Shown piece after piece: positions 28,688 to 39,582 of a DNA stretch of 64,000 bases. Position 1 is the stretch's first letter. Each line of letters begins with the position of its first letter. Below the pieces are notes generated by a model. That model had not been told where the DNA came from. It searched no databases and saw nothing but the letters and a program-made list of their open reading frames with translations. The position numbers and the translations under genes were made by a program. The stretch covers positions 1,063 to 65,062 of the forward strand of contig JAFGDT010000007.1 of the NCBI GenBank assembly GCA_016931965.1. The letters are read 5' to 3'. The stretch comes from a bacterium (lineage in GTDB: Bacteria > Zhuqueibacterota > QNDG01 > DSAB01).

Positions 28688-29724
28688 ACTCCCCTCAATT
28701 TATCTTCCAACTCCTCAATTTTCTTCCTCATTCTATTCACTTCTTTTATGAGCTGAGGCAATTTCTTCAGAGCAGCCTGAATGCGAAACTCTTCTCGATG
28801 CGGCTTGGCAGGATATCCAAAAATAAATTCTCCCGGCGGCACGGATTTATGGACACCCGATTGAGCACCGATCGAAACACCATCTCCCACTTCCAGGTGA
28901 CCGGCAAATCCCACCTGTCCGCCAATACGGTTGGACCTGCCGAGATGTGTGCTTCCGGAAAGTCCCGTTTGTGCGGCAATCACAGTATTTTCACCAATGG
29001 TGCAGTTGTGTGCCACCTGGATCAAATTGTCCAGTTTCGCTCCGTTTTTGATTCTGGTTTCACCCAATGTGGCACGATCAACGGTTACATTGGCACCAAT
29101 TTCCACATCGTCTTCGATGACGACAGTGCCGACCTGTGGGATTTTGAAATACCTGCCCCCTTCAGGAGCAAAACCAAAACCGTCACTGCCGATAACAGTC
29201 CCATTGTGAAGGACCACACGGTTCCCCAGCACAACCCTTTCCCGCAGGCAAACATTGGCATGAAGTGTACATCCCTCTCCAATCTTCACATCGTCTCCAA
29301 TGACAACCCCCGGCATACAAATCGATTCATCACCGATTGTACACCTTTTCCCAATAACGACATAAGGTCCGATGGCCAGATTCTTTCCCAACTGCGTTTT
29401 TTCACCGATAACAGCCGTCGGATGGATTCCCTTTTCAATAAGGGGTACAGGGGGAAAAAATAAATGAATGGCTCGAAGAAAAGCATAGTACGGATTCTTG
29501 GTGCGAATAATGGATTTATCAAAACCCTCTGTTACTTCTTCAGAAACAATGACAGCTGAGGCTTTTGTTTGATTGAGAAATTTGCTGTATTTCGGATTGG
29601 CCAAAAAAGTAAGCTCTCCTTCTTTGGCCTCTTCAATTTTACCCACACCGGTGATGATGAGCTCGGGATCGCCTACAATCACCCCCTCCAATTCCGATGC
29701 AATTTCAGCCAACCTGAAAACCAT
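28681..29724 (-). CDS. lpxD: UDP-3-O-acyl-glucosamine N-acyltransferase
   Basis: FLANPKY, NPYYAF, GSDGFGF, KLDNLIQVAHN. Confidence 0.96.
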   Translation of the reverse strand: MVFRLAEIASELEGVIVGDPELIITGVGKIEEAKEGELTFLANPKYSKFLNQTKASAVIVSEEVTEGFDKSIIRTKNPYYAFLRAIHLFFPPVPLIEKGIHPTAVIGEKTQLGKNLAIGPYVVIGKRCTIGDESICMPGVVIGDDVKIGEGCTLHANVCLRERVVLGNRVVLHNGTVIGSDGFGFAPEGGRYFKIPQVGTVVIEDDVEIGANVTVDRATLGETRIKNGAKLDNLIQVAHNCTIGENTVIAAQTGLSGSTHLGRSNRIGGQVGFAGHLEVGDGVSIGAQSGVHKSVPPGEFIFGYPAKPHREEFRIQAALKKLPQLIKEVNRMRKKIEELEDKLRGVC

Positions 29725-29735
29725 ACCGTGAATCC

Positions 29736-30308
29736 CTATTCATAATACATTTCCTCTTCGGATGCCCCTCTTTCCAATTCTTCCAATACCCAATCCGTAA
29801 TGTCATATTGTGTTTTGGCAAAGAGAATGTTCCCCTCAGCGGAATCCAATACAAAATCATATCCTTCTTCATCAGCAACTGTCCGTATGGCCTCATTGAT
29901 GCGGTCATAAATCGGTTTTAAGAGTGTATCACGGTATGTGAAATACTGTCCCCTTTCTCCCCATTTATCCGTTTGATATTGCTGAATGGCCAAAACCTTT
30001 GATTCGATCTCCTGAGTGATTTCTGTTTTTTTGGCTTCACTTAACAGGAGACTTTTCTGATCAAGTTCTTCCTGAAGTGCATTGAGCTCATTATTCATCT
30101 GTTGAAGTTCCTTGTCCCATTCGTCGTTTCTTGCATCAAGCTGTCTTCGTGCATCAATAGCCGATGTATAGGAGGTCAGAATTCTTTCTGAATCCACGTA
30201 TCCGATTTTAGCCTGAGCGTGCAGCTTCCCCGATCCCCAAAACCCAAAAATTAAGACGGGAACCATCCCACAAATCATGTATTTCTTTCGAAACATCGTA
30301 CTCCTCAA
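29736..30308 (-). CDS. skp: OmpH/Skp chaperone, copy 1
   Basis: Signal peptide, KIGYVDSERIL, coiled coil, GYDFVLD...DITDWVL. Confidence 0.9.
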   Translation of the reverse strand: MRSTMFRKKYMICGMVPVLIFGFWGSGKLHAQAKIGYVDSERILTSYTSAIDARRQLDARNDEWDKELQQMNNELNALQEELDQKSLLLSEAKKTEITQEIESKVLAIQQYQTDKWGERGQYFTYRDTLLKPIYDRINEAIRTVADEEGYDFVLDSAEGNILFAKTQYDITDWVLEELERGASEEEMYYE

Positions 30309-30469
30309 CTTGTCATTGATGAGAATGAAACAACTGTTTCAAGGGATAACAGGAAAAGAACCTTTCTCCATTATTCATTCACCATGGTTCAAGCGGGATA
30401 ATGTGGTTGACGATTCAAAGGCCGAATGAAAAATGGAAACAGAATCCCAAAAATAATCAGCAGACGACT

Positions 30470-30976
30470 TTACAGTTCTTCTAACAATTCATCTGTTAAA
30501 TCATACGATTCTTTCGCATCCAACAGATACATGGTATCAAAAATAAAATCATAGCCTCCGCTGTCACGAATTTTCCGAATGGCTGCATTGATCTTATCGT
30601 ATATGGGCTGCATCAACTCCGTTTGACGATCAACCAATTCCTGATCCTTGTCCTGTTGATACTGCTGCATCTCAACATACATATTGTTGAGTTCCTGCTG
30701 GCGCTCCTGTCTCTTCTCCTCGCTGAGCAGAAGACTCTGCTGGTTCAGTGCCTCATAACTCTCGTTAAATTCATTCTCCATTCTCTGGAGTTCCTCGATA
30801 GCCGCTTGCCTCTCTGCTTCCAATTTTTCTTGAGCGGCAATGGACTCCTCATCCATGGCAAGAATTCTTTGGATATCAATATATCCAAATTTGAGTTGAG
30901 CTGAAACCTGAACGGCTGCAATCATACACAACCCAATTACAATAATAGACAGTACCCAACTATTTTTCTTATACAC
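30470..30976 (-). CDS. skp: OmpH/Skp chaperone, copy 2
   Basis: KFGYIDIQRIL...GYDFIFD...DLTDELL. Confidence 0.9.
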   Translation of the reverse strand: MYKKNSWVLSIIVIGLCMIAAVQVSAQLKFGYIDIQRILAMDEESIAAQEKLEAERQAAIEELQRMENEFNESYEALNQQSLLLSEEKRQERQQELNNMYVEMQQYQQDKDQELVDRQTELMQPIYDKINAAIRKIRDSGGYDFIFDTMYLLDAKESYDLTDELLEEL

Positions 30977-31057
30977 TACAACCTCCTTTTGTTTAACAAA
31001 CAGCGATAAACAACAACCGATTCATTCATATCTCAATCTTTAATTCTTATGAATGGC

Positions 31058-33376
31058 TTAAAAACTTCTCCCAAAAACGAATTGTGGTTTCCATGCACCA
31101 TACTTACGTCCGTATTCATCGATCTGATCAAAACCGTATGCATAATCAATACCGAGCAGCCCGACCATGGGCATATAGAGCCGCGCACCAATGCCCACAG
31201 ATCGACGCAAATCAAACGGATCTGTGCTGTCCAAATCATCCCACGTATTTCCGGCCTCTGCAAAGACCAATCCGAACATCGTGGGATTGGCAAGAATGGG
31301 AAACCGGAATTCAGCCGTTGTCTGGAGCATCGTTTTTCCGCCCCATCCAGAATAACCACCACCCGCCAACGGATCATCATATCCGCGCAAGGGAATGGAT
31401 CGTGAAAGTCCGCTCCCTCCCATAAAAAAATGATCCAGATAAGGAATGCCTTTTCCACTGCCGATGGATTCCATAAAACCGAATTGAACACGGGTTAACA
31501 GAATGATTTTTGAAATAACCGTCGGATGAAAAAATTCTGCACTGAAAACATGTTTATGGTAACCGACATTTCCACCTAAGAATTTGGCATTTAATTCTGT
31601 TGACAGACTCACTTGAGAACCCCTAGTCGGGAATTCAGGATGATCAAGGCTGTTTCTGGAAATGATCTGGGTAATACCACTGGAAATAAGAGGCCAATCC
31701 TCATTGACGATGTTGTTGGGATTATAGGTCAGATAATAAGAAGAAAAATCGCTGAGTTCGGTCCGGTCCAGACGGTAAATCCAATCGCCTCTGAAATAGT
31801 CATCCGGCCACTTGAAGCGTCTCCCGAAATGGAGAGAAAATCCCTGGCTTCTCTGTCGGTATCCGATATAGTAGGGATCCCGTTTCGTATCGTAAACGCT
31901 TCCGCCGATGAGGGTTTGCGTGTTGAGAAAATAAGGTTCCGTAAAACTCAGGCTGAAAGATCGATAATACCGTCCAAAATTCCAGCTCAAACTGAGCTGC
32001 TGGCCGTTGCCAAAAAGATTCATCATATTAAAGCCCACATTTCCCACAAAACGATCGATTTCACTCCAGCCTGCGGAGAGCGTGGCAGTATCTGTGGATT
32101 TTTCTTCAACTTCAAATGAAAGATCCAGATGTTCTTCATCAATGGGTGTGACGTCCGGAATCACATTGCTGAAATAATTCAAGACCATGAGATCGCGATG
32201 ACTTCTGACAAGCAGCTCCCGGCTAAAAACATCCCCGGGACGGATCTGCAGCTCCCTTCTGATGACACGATCTTTGGTTCGGGTGTTGCCGGTTATATTA
32301 ATTCGCCTGATTTTAACCGGATTGCCTTCATCAATGAGAAATTGCACATCTAATGTATCTCCGGCCCGGAACACCTCCCTGGGCGCAATTTGTGCATAGA
32401 TATGACCGATATCATAATAGGCGCCGCCTATATTCTCACTGATGGCCGTGGTCAGCTTTTCCTGACTGAAAACATCGCCTTTTTCAAAATCCAATAGGGA
32501 CTCCAATTCATTCACTGCAAAAAGCGTGTTCCCTTCCCAGGTAATATCGCCCACATAATAGCAGGTACCTTCATTTACCCAGATATCGATAAACATATCC
32601 TTCTTTGTGTCATCATAGTAGAGCGAATCTTTGACAATAACAGCATCCCGGTAGCCATGATTCCAGTAATAGGTCAGCACATTATCCTTGTCATTTTCAT
32701 ACTCTTCTTTATCAAAATCCGCACCCCGCCACCAACGATCTTCTTTTGTTTTCTTCATCTGTTTTCGAAGTGTATTATCATCAAACGCTTCATTACGAAC
32801 GAATTGAATCCGTTTGATCTGAACTTTCTGGCCTTCGTTGATCAATATCTGAAGAACGGCACGACCCTCTGTTTCTGACTGATAGGTCTCCATGTCAATC
32901 GTGGTCAATGTGTATCCGTCTTCCGCATATTTATTGATCAATTTCTTTTTGGCATTGGCAATCTGATTTGGACTTAATACCTGACCGCGAAAGAGGTTTA
33001 TCTCTTTTTCAATTTCATCATTTTTAAATTTCTTATTTCCTTCTATGACAATTCTTTCTAATTTGGGATATTCCTCGATCTGAAGGGTCATAAACAGCCC
33101 GTCACGCGTTCTTTGATCCACCAAAATTCGAATATCAGAAAAAACACCCCAGGACCAGAGCTGTTTAATCGCTCGCTGGATATCTTCATACGTGACCAGC
33201 TCCCCTTCAGTAAGACCCGAACCCGATTTGATCATACTTTCATCGGTTGTCTTTGAGCCGGAAACCGAGAGTTGCAACAAAAGACCGAGAGAAGATTCCT
33301 GCCCCCAGCTGATATTGGTGATCCCGAAAAAAGAGACAATAAAAAAAATCTTTTTAATATTATTGGAAAATCCCAT
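31058..33376 (-). CDS. bamA: Outer-membrane protein assembly factor BamA
   Basis: POTRA repeats, GNTRTKDRVIRRE, LRGY loop, C-terminal Phe. Confidence 0.95.
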   Translation of the reverse strand: MGFSNNIKKIFFIVSFFGITNISWGQESSLGLLLQLSVSGSKTTDESMIKSGSGLTEGELVTYEDIQRAIKQLWSWGVFSDIRILVDQRTRDGLFMTLQIEEYPKLERIVIEGNKKFKNDEIEKEINLFRGQVLSPNQIANAKKKLINKYAEDGYTLTTIDMETYQSETEGRAVLQILINEGQKVQIKRIQFVRNEAFDDNTLRKQMKKTKEDRWWRGADFDKEEYENDKDNVLTYYWNHGYRDAVIVKDSLYYDDTKKDMFIDIWVNEGTCYYVGDITWEGNTLFAVNELESLLDFEKGDVFSQEKLTTAISENIGGAYYDIGHIYAQIAPREVFRAGDTLDVQFLIDEGNPVKIRRINITGNTRTKDRVIRRELQIRPGDVFSRELLVRSHRDLMVLNYFSNVIPDVTPIDEEHLDLSFEVEEKSTDTATLSAGWSEIDRFVGNVGFNMMNLFGNGQQLSLSWNFGRYYRSFSLSFTEPYFLNTQTLIGGSVYDTKRDPYYIGYRQRSQGFSLHFGRRFKWPDDYFRGDWIYRLDRTELSDFSSYYLTYNPNNIVNEDWPLISSGITQIISRNSLDHPEFPTRGSQVSLSTELNAKFLGGNVGYHKHVFSAEFFHPTVISKIILLTRVQFGFMESIGSGKGIPYLDHFFMGGSGLSRSIPLRGYDDPLAGGGYSGWGGKTMLQTTAEFRFPILANPTMFGLVFAEAGNTWDDLDSTDPFDLRRSVGIGARLYMPMVGLLGIDYAYGFDQIDEYGRKYGAWKPQFVFGRSF

Positions 33377-33448
33377 ATCAAATCTTCCTCCAAATGTAAT
33401 ATATAATACAAAAAATTTTAATCTTTGTAAAGGAGAAAATAGGCAGCT

Positions 33449-36400
33449 TTACAAAGAGAATATGTGTCTCAGCCATATCCGCTTATCTTCTCGTCTATCA
33501 GAAAGAAGCTGGCTGTCATACGTATATTCCATCTGCAGATAGAGATCCGGTCTGATCGTATATTCCAACGAAAGGGCGTGCCGGAAACCCAATCCATGAG
33601 TGAGATACTGTAAATACATTTCGTTTTGAACCTGTCCGGAATAGGTCAAAAAAAGGCCGGGTGCTATATTCTTACCGAGTATTAATTTGGCACTGCGGAG
33701 AAGGAGTCGTGGATCAAAACTGACATTATCCATGGTTTGAAGTTGAACGATATTTCGGCTAAACATCGAAAAAAGCCGTACAACATCCAATCCCAAATGG
33801 CGTCGAATTTCTCTTTCCAGAGGTCTAAAAATGGGACGAAAAACCAGATTTTCAACGCGCATGCCTAAAGCATCATAGGCGCGATCCTTAAAATCTTGAG
33901 CAGAATATCCCAATGCCGCTAGAAGATCCGCCTCGCTTCGTCCCAAATTGGGATTGTCTGTTGAAAATCGAAATTGCACACGATCCCACGGTCCCATCTC
34001 CCTTTCCAGACCTGTTACCTCATCCGTTGAAGTCACAGTGAGCCAGATTGTGGAAGACATACCCAAAGAGTCGACAACCGTCGTGTATAAACGTCCCGAG
34101 ACAATCGGATTATCAGCTCCCCTCGGATAATCAAAAGTAATCCTTTCCGGCTGAAAAAAATGATCCAGGACTTCAACAGATCCATCTGTGGATACAAGAT
34201 TACCCCACACCTGGAAATCATCATCCTGAATAATTCCCTCTAAATAGAGTTCTCCATAATTGTCCTGTAATTTGAGGTCGGCATAGACATTTCCTACAGC
34301 ACTTTCGATATCCCGTTCAAAATGAACATCTTCCCTGGGAAGAATAGAAATGTCCCAATTGACACGTTCCAAGAAATTGACAATCTGATTTTCACTGCTG
34401 TCACCTTCTACTGTTAAAAAAGGATAGGTCAGTCGATTATCCGTTAGAATAAGGGATCCTCTAAAAAGGGGAGATTCATTGGGACCGACAAAAATGAAAG
34501 CCTGTTCCGGTTCCCGTTGCCCGAATACAATCCATCCTTCTTCACCTTCTTCCATAAGACCTGGAAGGTGAACACGAACACCCTTTCCTTCAGTGGTCAA
34601 TTGGAGCACGCCAAATTGCACACCCATTTTATCCCAGATCAACGGTTCTAAAGAATTTGAACCTGTTTCAACCAACCGATTATTCATCACAAATGGCTGA
34701 CCCTCCACCTCTCCCGATAATTTTTCAATAGCCACGAAACGATCTTCCTGTTGAAGGTTTGCCTGAATCTGAAGTTTCTCGACTTTCTTCACAAATGAAG
34801 AAAATTCAATACGTCCTTGATCCAGGGATAGATTGCCGCTGCCTAAAACCCAATCATCAAGCCCTCCCGCCAATCGGATAAAAGCCTCTCCCGATCCTTC
34901 CGCTTTGCGAAACAACCCGCTCAATTCAGGCAAGATGCCCAATATGTTGCCGTAAGCTTGAATCGAAATATCCATATCATTATTCTTTTGATAAGGAAAA
35001 TCTCCCCAGAAAAGGAGATGAAAGCCGTCATCTCTTTCCAACAATCCATCTTCAACAGTCAGTGTATGATCTAAAATTCCATTTGTGCTTAACAGCGTAT
35101 CCACAACCTGGACCTTTAAATTCTGAAACGAAACAGAACCCAAAAATCCATCCTTCACGGTTGCGATTCCACTGACAATAGGCGCCTCAACAGGCCCTTC
35201 AACCTGAATATGGGCGGTGGTTTGGCCTGAGATAAAAGAACGACCCGTCAGACCTTGAATCAAATCATCGATACGGATATCTTCCCCGACAAATCCACCG
35301 AACAAGCTGTCGTTACCGGCATCCTCAACCTTTCCCGAAAGCAATGAAACACCGTCTTTTTTAAGGGATAGATCGCACAATCTTAAATAACGGTCTTCCA
35401 TTCTTAATTGCAAATGGCCTTCAAAAACACCCATGTCATGAAATTGCCCTTCTCTAAGGTCCAAATCCAAATCGATTGTCGGCTCTGACCAGCTTCCATT
35501 CACATTCATATTCCCCAAAAGTTGCCCTGCATAAGAACGCATTCGAGGGAATAGGTCATAAAGTTGACTAAAATCAAAACGGTCGAACTCAACAAAAGCC
35601 TCGACCTGCTCTTCAGAATGAAGTGGATATTTCCCTTTAATAAAGATCAAATCCCCAATATGGCATTGATCAATAGAAACGACATGATTGATCCATGCTC
35701 CTTCCGCCGATAATGACAAAGCACGACCAGAAAATCCATAATAATTGGCCTCCAGGTTCACTTTTCCATCTTGCGACAATTCTCCAGAAGGAGTGAGGCG
35801 AAGATCAAACAGTCTTGGAAAATCTTCTCTCCGCCTATCCACACCTGTACTTGAAATATCCCAATTCCCGTTTGCCCAGGAAAAAGAGGATGTTATCTCG
35901 ATATGATCCACAATGTGTTGTCTATTTTCATTCAATAAGAACCGGGCAAGTGTTGCCAAACCATCAGCCTCAATCTCTATTTTTGTACTGTCATGAAATG
36001 GGGATTGAATCGATCCGTTCAATTGAAAATCCTGATTCGAATCCACTTGCATTGAAAGTTCCCTATCCGCATATCGCAACCGGGGTAAAAACCGAAGCGT
36101 ATCGATACCTTCTGAATGAACGGACACACTGCCCTGTGCCTCTCCCGACAGTTCCCTAAGCTCGCCGGTCAGTTGAATTTCGAGCTGACCCTCACAATAA
36201 CTGATTTTGTTTTGAACCCAGGAAGGCAAAGAGGGCAATAAATTTCCTCTGATGTCCAGTTTCAACGAACTCAATTGATGGATATCTGAAAAATCAATAT
36301 GCCCATTCAGATTAACAGATATTCCCTCGTCTTGGCCTGCACTGCCATCGACATACAGGATGCTATCTTGAATGGTAATGTAGGTTGTGAAACGGTTAAA

Positions 36401-37528
36401 ATCAAAACCATATGCACATAATCCCGTGGATGTCACATTTCCTTTGATGGTAGAATTGTTTAACGGACCAAATAGATGAAAATCACACAGTGCTTCTCCT
36501 TCGATCGGCCATCGAATGCCTGGATCGGTCATCCTGAAAAAATTGTAAATATCAAATCGAGAACAGCGAACGGACAAATCCAATTGGGGTTCAAACATAT
36601 TGAACAATGTCCCCGAAATATCGAGTGGAGATCCATTAAAATCCTGAACAGTCCCTTCTAGGATGATATCGTTCTCTTCAAGCATTCCACTCATATGAAC
36701 ATCATGAAAAACAAGATTTGCATACTTAAAAGAAAAAGAGCTTTCACTGATCTCAAAAAATCCCGAAGAGGGTCTATTGGCGTTGATGTTGACTTCTCCT
36801 CTCATTTTACCAGCCTCGATAGAGACATATCCTGGAAAAATAAACGGCAGTTCCTCTGGGGACTCTGACTCTTCAAGTTGAATATGCATGTTGATGGGTC
36901 TTCCCGAAAAAAGATTGAGTTCCCCTTCGATTGTCAAATTATTCTGTTGTGATTCAAAGACTTTCCCGGAAAGACGAATTTCAGCGGAATCCGCAGGCAC
37001 GGATCTAAGCCAACCATTCAGCGAATGTGCCAACCGGGTTCTTTCACCCAAGGAATCTTCGACAATCACTTCCGCTTCAGCTACCGTAATCCGTTTGACA
37101 GTTTCCATCTCTTCAACCCATTGACTAAAATGGATCCATTCCTCACCGTTCAATTCACCATTGATTTTGGGAATGATATTTCGAATGATAAGGGTTGGGT
37201 GAATAAACACAACATCATGGGCCACTTTGGTTGGTGAAAATCGGTATCTGAAAAGATTCCAAAAGCGATAGCCCACACGAACATCGTCAATCATCAATGT
37301 AAACGATCGATCTTTCGGAGTCAGCCTGACGCCTTTCAGATGGATACTGCTTAGGTCGATTTCCAAATATTCCACATTGGATTCCTGAGCCAGAAAAGGG
37401 CGGACTTTATCCAAAAGGATTTGTTTGATTTTATCATTGGCCTCAGTAGCTCTCCATCCGACATAACCACCCAACACAAGAACCGTTCCCATAAAGGCCA
37501 AGACAATGATCCATTTTCTTTTTCTCAT
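33449..37528 (-). CDS. TamB/AsmA-like large periplasmic protein
   Basis: 1359 aa; single N-terminal TM, beta-rich repeats; directly upstream of bamA. Confidence 0.65.
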   Translation of the reverse strand: MRKRKWIIVLAFMGTVLVLGGYVGWRATEANDKIKQILLDKVRPFLAQESNVEYLEIDLSSIHLKGVRLTPKDRSFTLMIDDVRVGYRFWNLFRYRFSPTKVAHDVVFIHPTLIIRNIIPKINGELNGEEWIHFSQWVEEMETVKRITVAEAEVIVEDSLGERTRLAHSLNGWLRSVPADSAEIRLSGKVFESQQNNLTIEGELNLFSGRPINMHIQLEESESPEELPFIFPGYVSIEAGKMRGEVNINANRPSSGFFEISESSFSFKYANLVFHDVHMSGMLEENDIILEGTVQDFNGSPLDISGTLFNMFEPQLDLSVRCSRFDIYNFFRMTDPGIRWPIEGEALCDFHLFGPLNNSTIKGNVTSTGLCAYGFDFNRFTTYITIQDSILYVDGSAGQDEGISVNLNGHIDFSDIHQLSSLKLDIRGNLLPSLPSWVQNKISYCEGQLEIQLTGELRELSGEAQGSVSVHSEGIDTLRFLPRLRYADRELSMQVDSNQDFQLNGSIQSPFHDSTKIEIEADGLATLARFLLNENRQHIVDHIEITSSFSWANGNWDISSTGVDRRREDFPRLFDLRLTPSGELSQDGKVNLEANYYGFSGRALSLSAEGAWINHVVSIDQCHIGDLIFIKGKYPLHSEEQVEAFVEFDRFDFSQLYDLFPRMRSYAGQLLGNMNVNGSWSEPTIDLDLDLREGQFHDMGVFEGHLQLRMEDRYLRLCDLSLKKDGVSLLSGKVEDAGNDSLFGGFVGEDIRIDDLIQGLTGRSFISGQTTAHIQVEGPVEAPIVSGIATVKDGFLGSVSFQNLKVQVVDTLLSTNGILDHTLTVEDGLLERDDGFHLLFWGDFPYQKNNDMDISIQAYGNILGILPELSGLFRKAEGSGEAFIRLAGGLDDWVLGSGNLSLDQGRIEFSSFVKKVEKLQIQANLQQEDRFVAIEKLSGEVEGQPFVMNNRLVETGSNSLEPLIWDKMGVQFGVLQLTTEGKGVRVHLPGLMEEGEEGWIVFGQREPEQAFIFVGPNESPLFRGSLILTDNRLTYPFLTVEGDSSENQIVNFLERVNWDISILPREDVHFERDIESAVGNVYADLKLQDNYGELYLEGIIQDDDFQVWGNLVSTDGSVEVLDHFFQPERITFDYPRGADNPIVSGRLYTTVVDSLGMSSTIWLTVTSTDEVTGLEREMGPWDRVQFRFSTDNPNLGRSEADLLAALGYSAQDFKDRAYDALGMRVENLVFRPIFRPLEREIRRHLGLDVVRLFSMFSRNIVQLQTMDNVSFDPRLLLRSAKLILGKNIAPGLFLTYSGQVQNEMYLQYLTHGLGFRHALSLEYTIRPDLYLQMEYTYDSQLLSDRREDKRIWLRHIFSL

Positions 37529-37544
37529 AAACAGACTCTGTAAA

Positions 37545-37573
37545 GAAAAATGAGGGGATCACAATACCCCTCA
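37545..37573 (-). terminator. Probable intrinsic terminator after uppS
   Basis: Minus strand tgagggg-N9-cccctca followed by tttttcttt. Confidence 0.55.
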
Positions 37574-37653
37574 CAAAAAACCTAAGACGCGTTATATAGA
37601 CGCTTTGAAAGCGAAATTGTTCCTGCTCTATTTTATATAAGTTTAATTATTTA

Positions 37654-38424
37654 TCATTTTTTATGATCCGTAATCTGCTCACTGACTTTACCAAATCGCC
37701 GTTCCCGAGCCTGATAATTTTCAATGGCTTTGTAAAGATCCTGTTTACGAAAATCCGGCCACAGCACATGCGTAATATAGATCTCCGTATAGGCCAATTG
37801 CCATAAGAGAAAATTGGAGATCCTCAATTCTCCACTGGTACGGATGAGAAGATCGGGATCGGGAAGATCGGCAGTGTAGAGATTCTGACGGAAGAGTTTA
37901 TCGTCGATAGCTTCACACTTTAATGTACCCTCTTTGACCTGAGTAACGATTTTCTGCACAGCAGAGAGGATCTCCTCTCTACCCCCATAGCTGAGGGCAA
38001 GATTTAAAATCAATCCCGTATTCTGCTGAGTGGCTTGAATGCCCTCCTCTATTCCAAAATGGGCGTATTGGGGCAGGGTATTAATCTCTCCGATGGTCAT
38101 GAGTTTGACATTATTACGGATCAGATCATCCATTTCCTTTTGCAACGTACGTATCAGTAATTTCATCAGAGCCGACACTTCTTCTTTCGGTCTGCGCCAA
38201 TTCTCTGTTGAAAAAGTATAAAGCGTTAGAACCCGAACATCCAATTCAGCACAGGCTTCAACAACGTCTCTCACAGCTTTGATACCTTCCCGATGTCCGG
38301 CAATTCTGGGAAGCCCTCTCTGTTTCGCCCACCGTCCGTTCCCATCCATTATAATGGCTATATGTTGAGGGATTTGACCTTGTCTTTGGAGACGATCCCG
38401 TATTTTTTTATCTTCAGAACCCAA
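37654..38424 (-). CDS. uppS: Undecaprenyl diphosphate synthase
   Basis: HIAIIMDGNGRWA, FSTENWRRP, DLLIRTSGELRISNFLLWQ; TTG start chosen from the AGGAG RBS. Confidence 0.95.
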   Translation of the reverse strand: MGSEDKKIRDRLQRQGQIPQHIAIIMDGNGRWAKQRGLPRIAGHREGIKAVRDVVEACAELDVRVLTLYTFSTENWRRPKEEVSALMKLLIRTLQKEMDDLIRNNVKLMTIGEINTLPQYAHFGIEEGIQATQQNTGLILNLALSYGGREEILSAVQKIVTQVKEGTLKCEAIDDKLFRQNLYTADLPDPDLLIRTSGELRISNFLLWQLAYTEIYITHVLWPDFRKQDLYKAIENYQARERRFGKVSEQITDHKK

Positions 38425-38557
38425 AAAATATACTCCTAACATTCTGAATAGATAAAAAGTTAAAATCAAATATAGAAAAAGTCAAGCACTTATTTCTTGT
38501 TGACATTCGCTTTAAAAGTCATTATTTTGAGTTTTTGAAAAACAACAAATAGATAAA

Positions 38558-39580
38558 GTGCCGGAGCACGATTTTATGTCTAAAAAATCCGTTCTGGAGC
38601 CGGACCTTCAAGCCATTGAAGAACTGAAAATTGGCTATCGGTCTATTATCGGCCAAATTGAAAAAGTCATCGTCGGCCAACATCGAATAATCGATGAATT
38701 GCTCATTTCTCTTTTTTCCAGAGGTCATTGTCTTCTTATCGGTGTACCCGGTTTGGCAAAAACCCTTCTCATTTCTACACTTTCGGAGATTCTGGATCTC
38801 AAATTCAGCCGCATTCAGTTCACACCCGATTTGATGCCATCAGATATCACCGGAACAGAAATTTTGGAAGAAGACCGAACAACTGGAAAAAAAGAGTTCC
38901 GTTTTATCAAAGGTCCGGTATTCGCTCATATTATTCTGGCTGACGAAATTAACCGCACACCACCAAAAACACAGGCAGCCCTGCTGCAGGCGATGCAGGA
39001 ACATGAAGTCAGTGCATCGGGCAATACCTATAAACTGGATGAACCTTTTTTTGTTTTAGCCACGCAGAATCCGATAGAGCAAGAAGGGACCTATCCCCTA
39101 CCGGAGGCTCAACTGGACCGCTTCATGTTCAATGTGTGGATAGACTACCCTTCCAAAGAAGAGGAAATTCAGATCGTTCAATCTACAACCGGCAGTTACT
39201 ATCCTCAGCTGCAACCAGTCATGGATGCAAAGCAAATTATGGGTTTACAGGATTTGGTCCGTCGTGTGCCTGTTGCCGATTTGGTGGTTCATTATGCCGT
39301 GGAGCTTGTAAGAAAAACACGCCCAAACGATCCCCTCTCCCCTTCATTTGTCAAAGATTGGATCAGTTGGGGAGCCGGACCGCGTGCTTCTCAGTATCTC
39401 ATCTTAGGTGCAAAGAGCAGATCGATTCTCGACGGAAGAACGACTCCCGACATCAACGACATCCGATCTGTGGCCAGATCGGTGTTGCGACACCGAATTG
39501 TGACCAATTTCAATGCAGAAGCCGACGGTGTCAGTACGATTGACATCATCGAGCGCTTGATCAACCAAGAAAAATCCTGA
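38558..39580 (+). CDS. MoxR-family AAA+ ATPase
   Basis: GVPGLAKT, RIQFTPDLMPSDITG, DEINRTPPKTQAALL, ATQNPIEQEGTYPLPEAQLDRF. Confidence 0.93.
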   Translation: MPEHDFMSKKSVLEPDLQAIEELKIGYRSIIGQIEKVIVGQHRIIDELLISLFSRGHCLLIGVPGLAKTLLISTLSEILDLKFSRIQFTPDLMPSDITGTEILEEDRTTGKKEFRFIKGPVFAHIILADEINRTPPKTQAALLQAMQEHEVSASGNTYKLDEPFFVLATQNPIEQEGTYPLPEAQLDRFMFNVWIDYPSKEEEIQIVQSTTGSYYPQLQPVMDAKQIMGLQDLVRRVPVADLVVHYAVELVRKTRPNDPLSPSFVKDWISWGAGPRASQYLILGAKSRSILDGRTTPDINDIRSVARSVLRHRIVTNFNAEADGVSTIDIIERLINQEKS

Positions 39581-39582
39581 AC

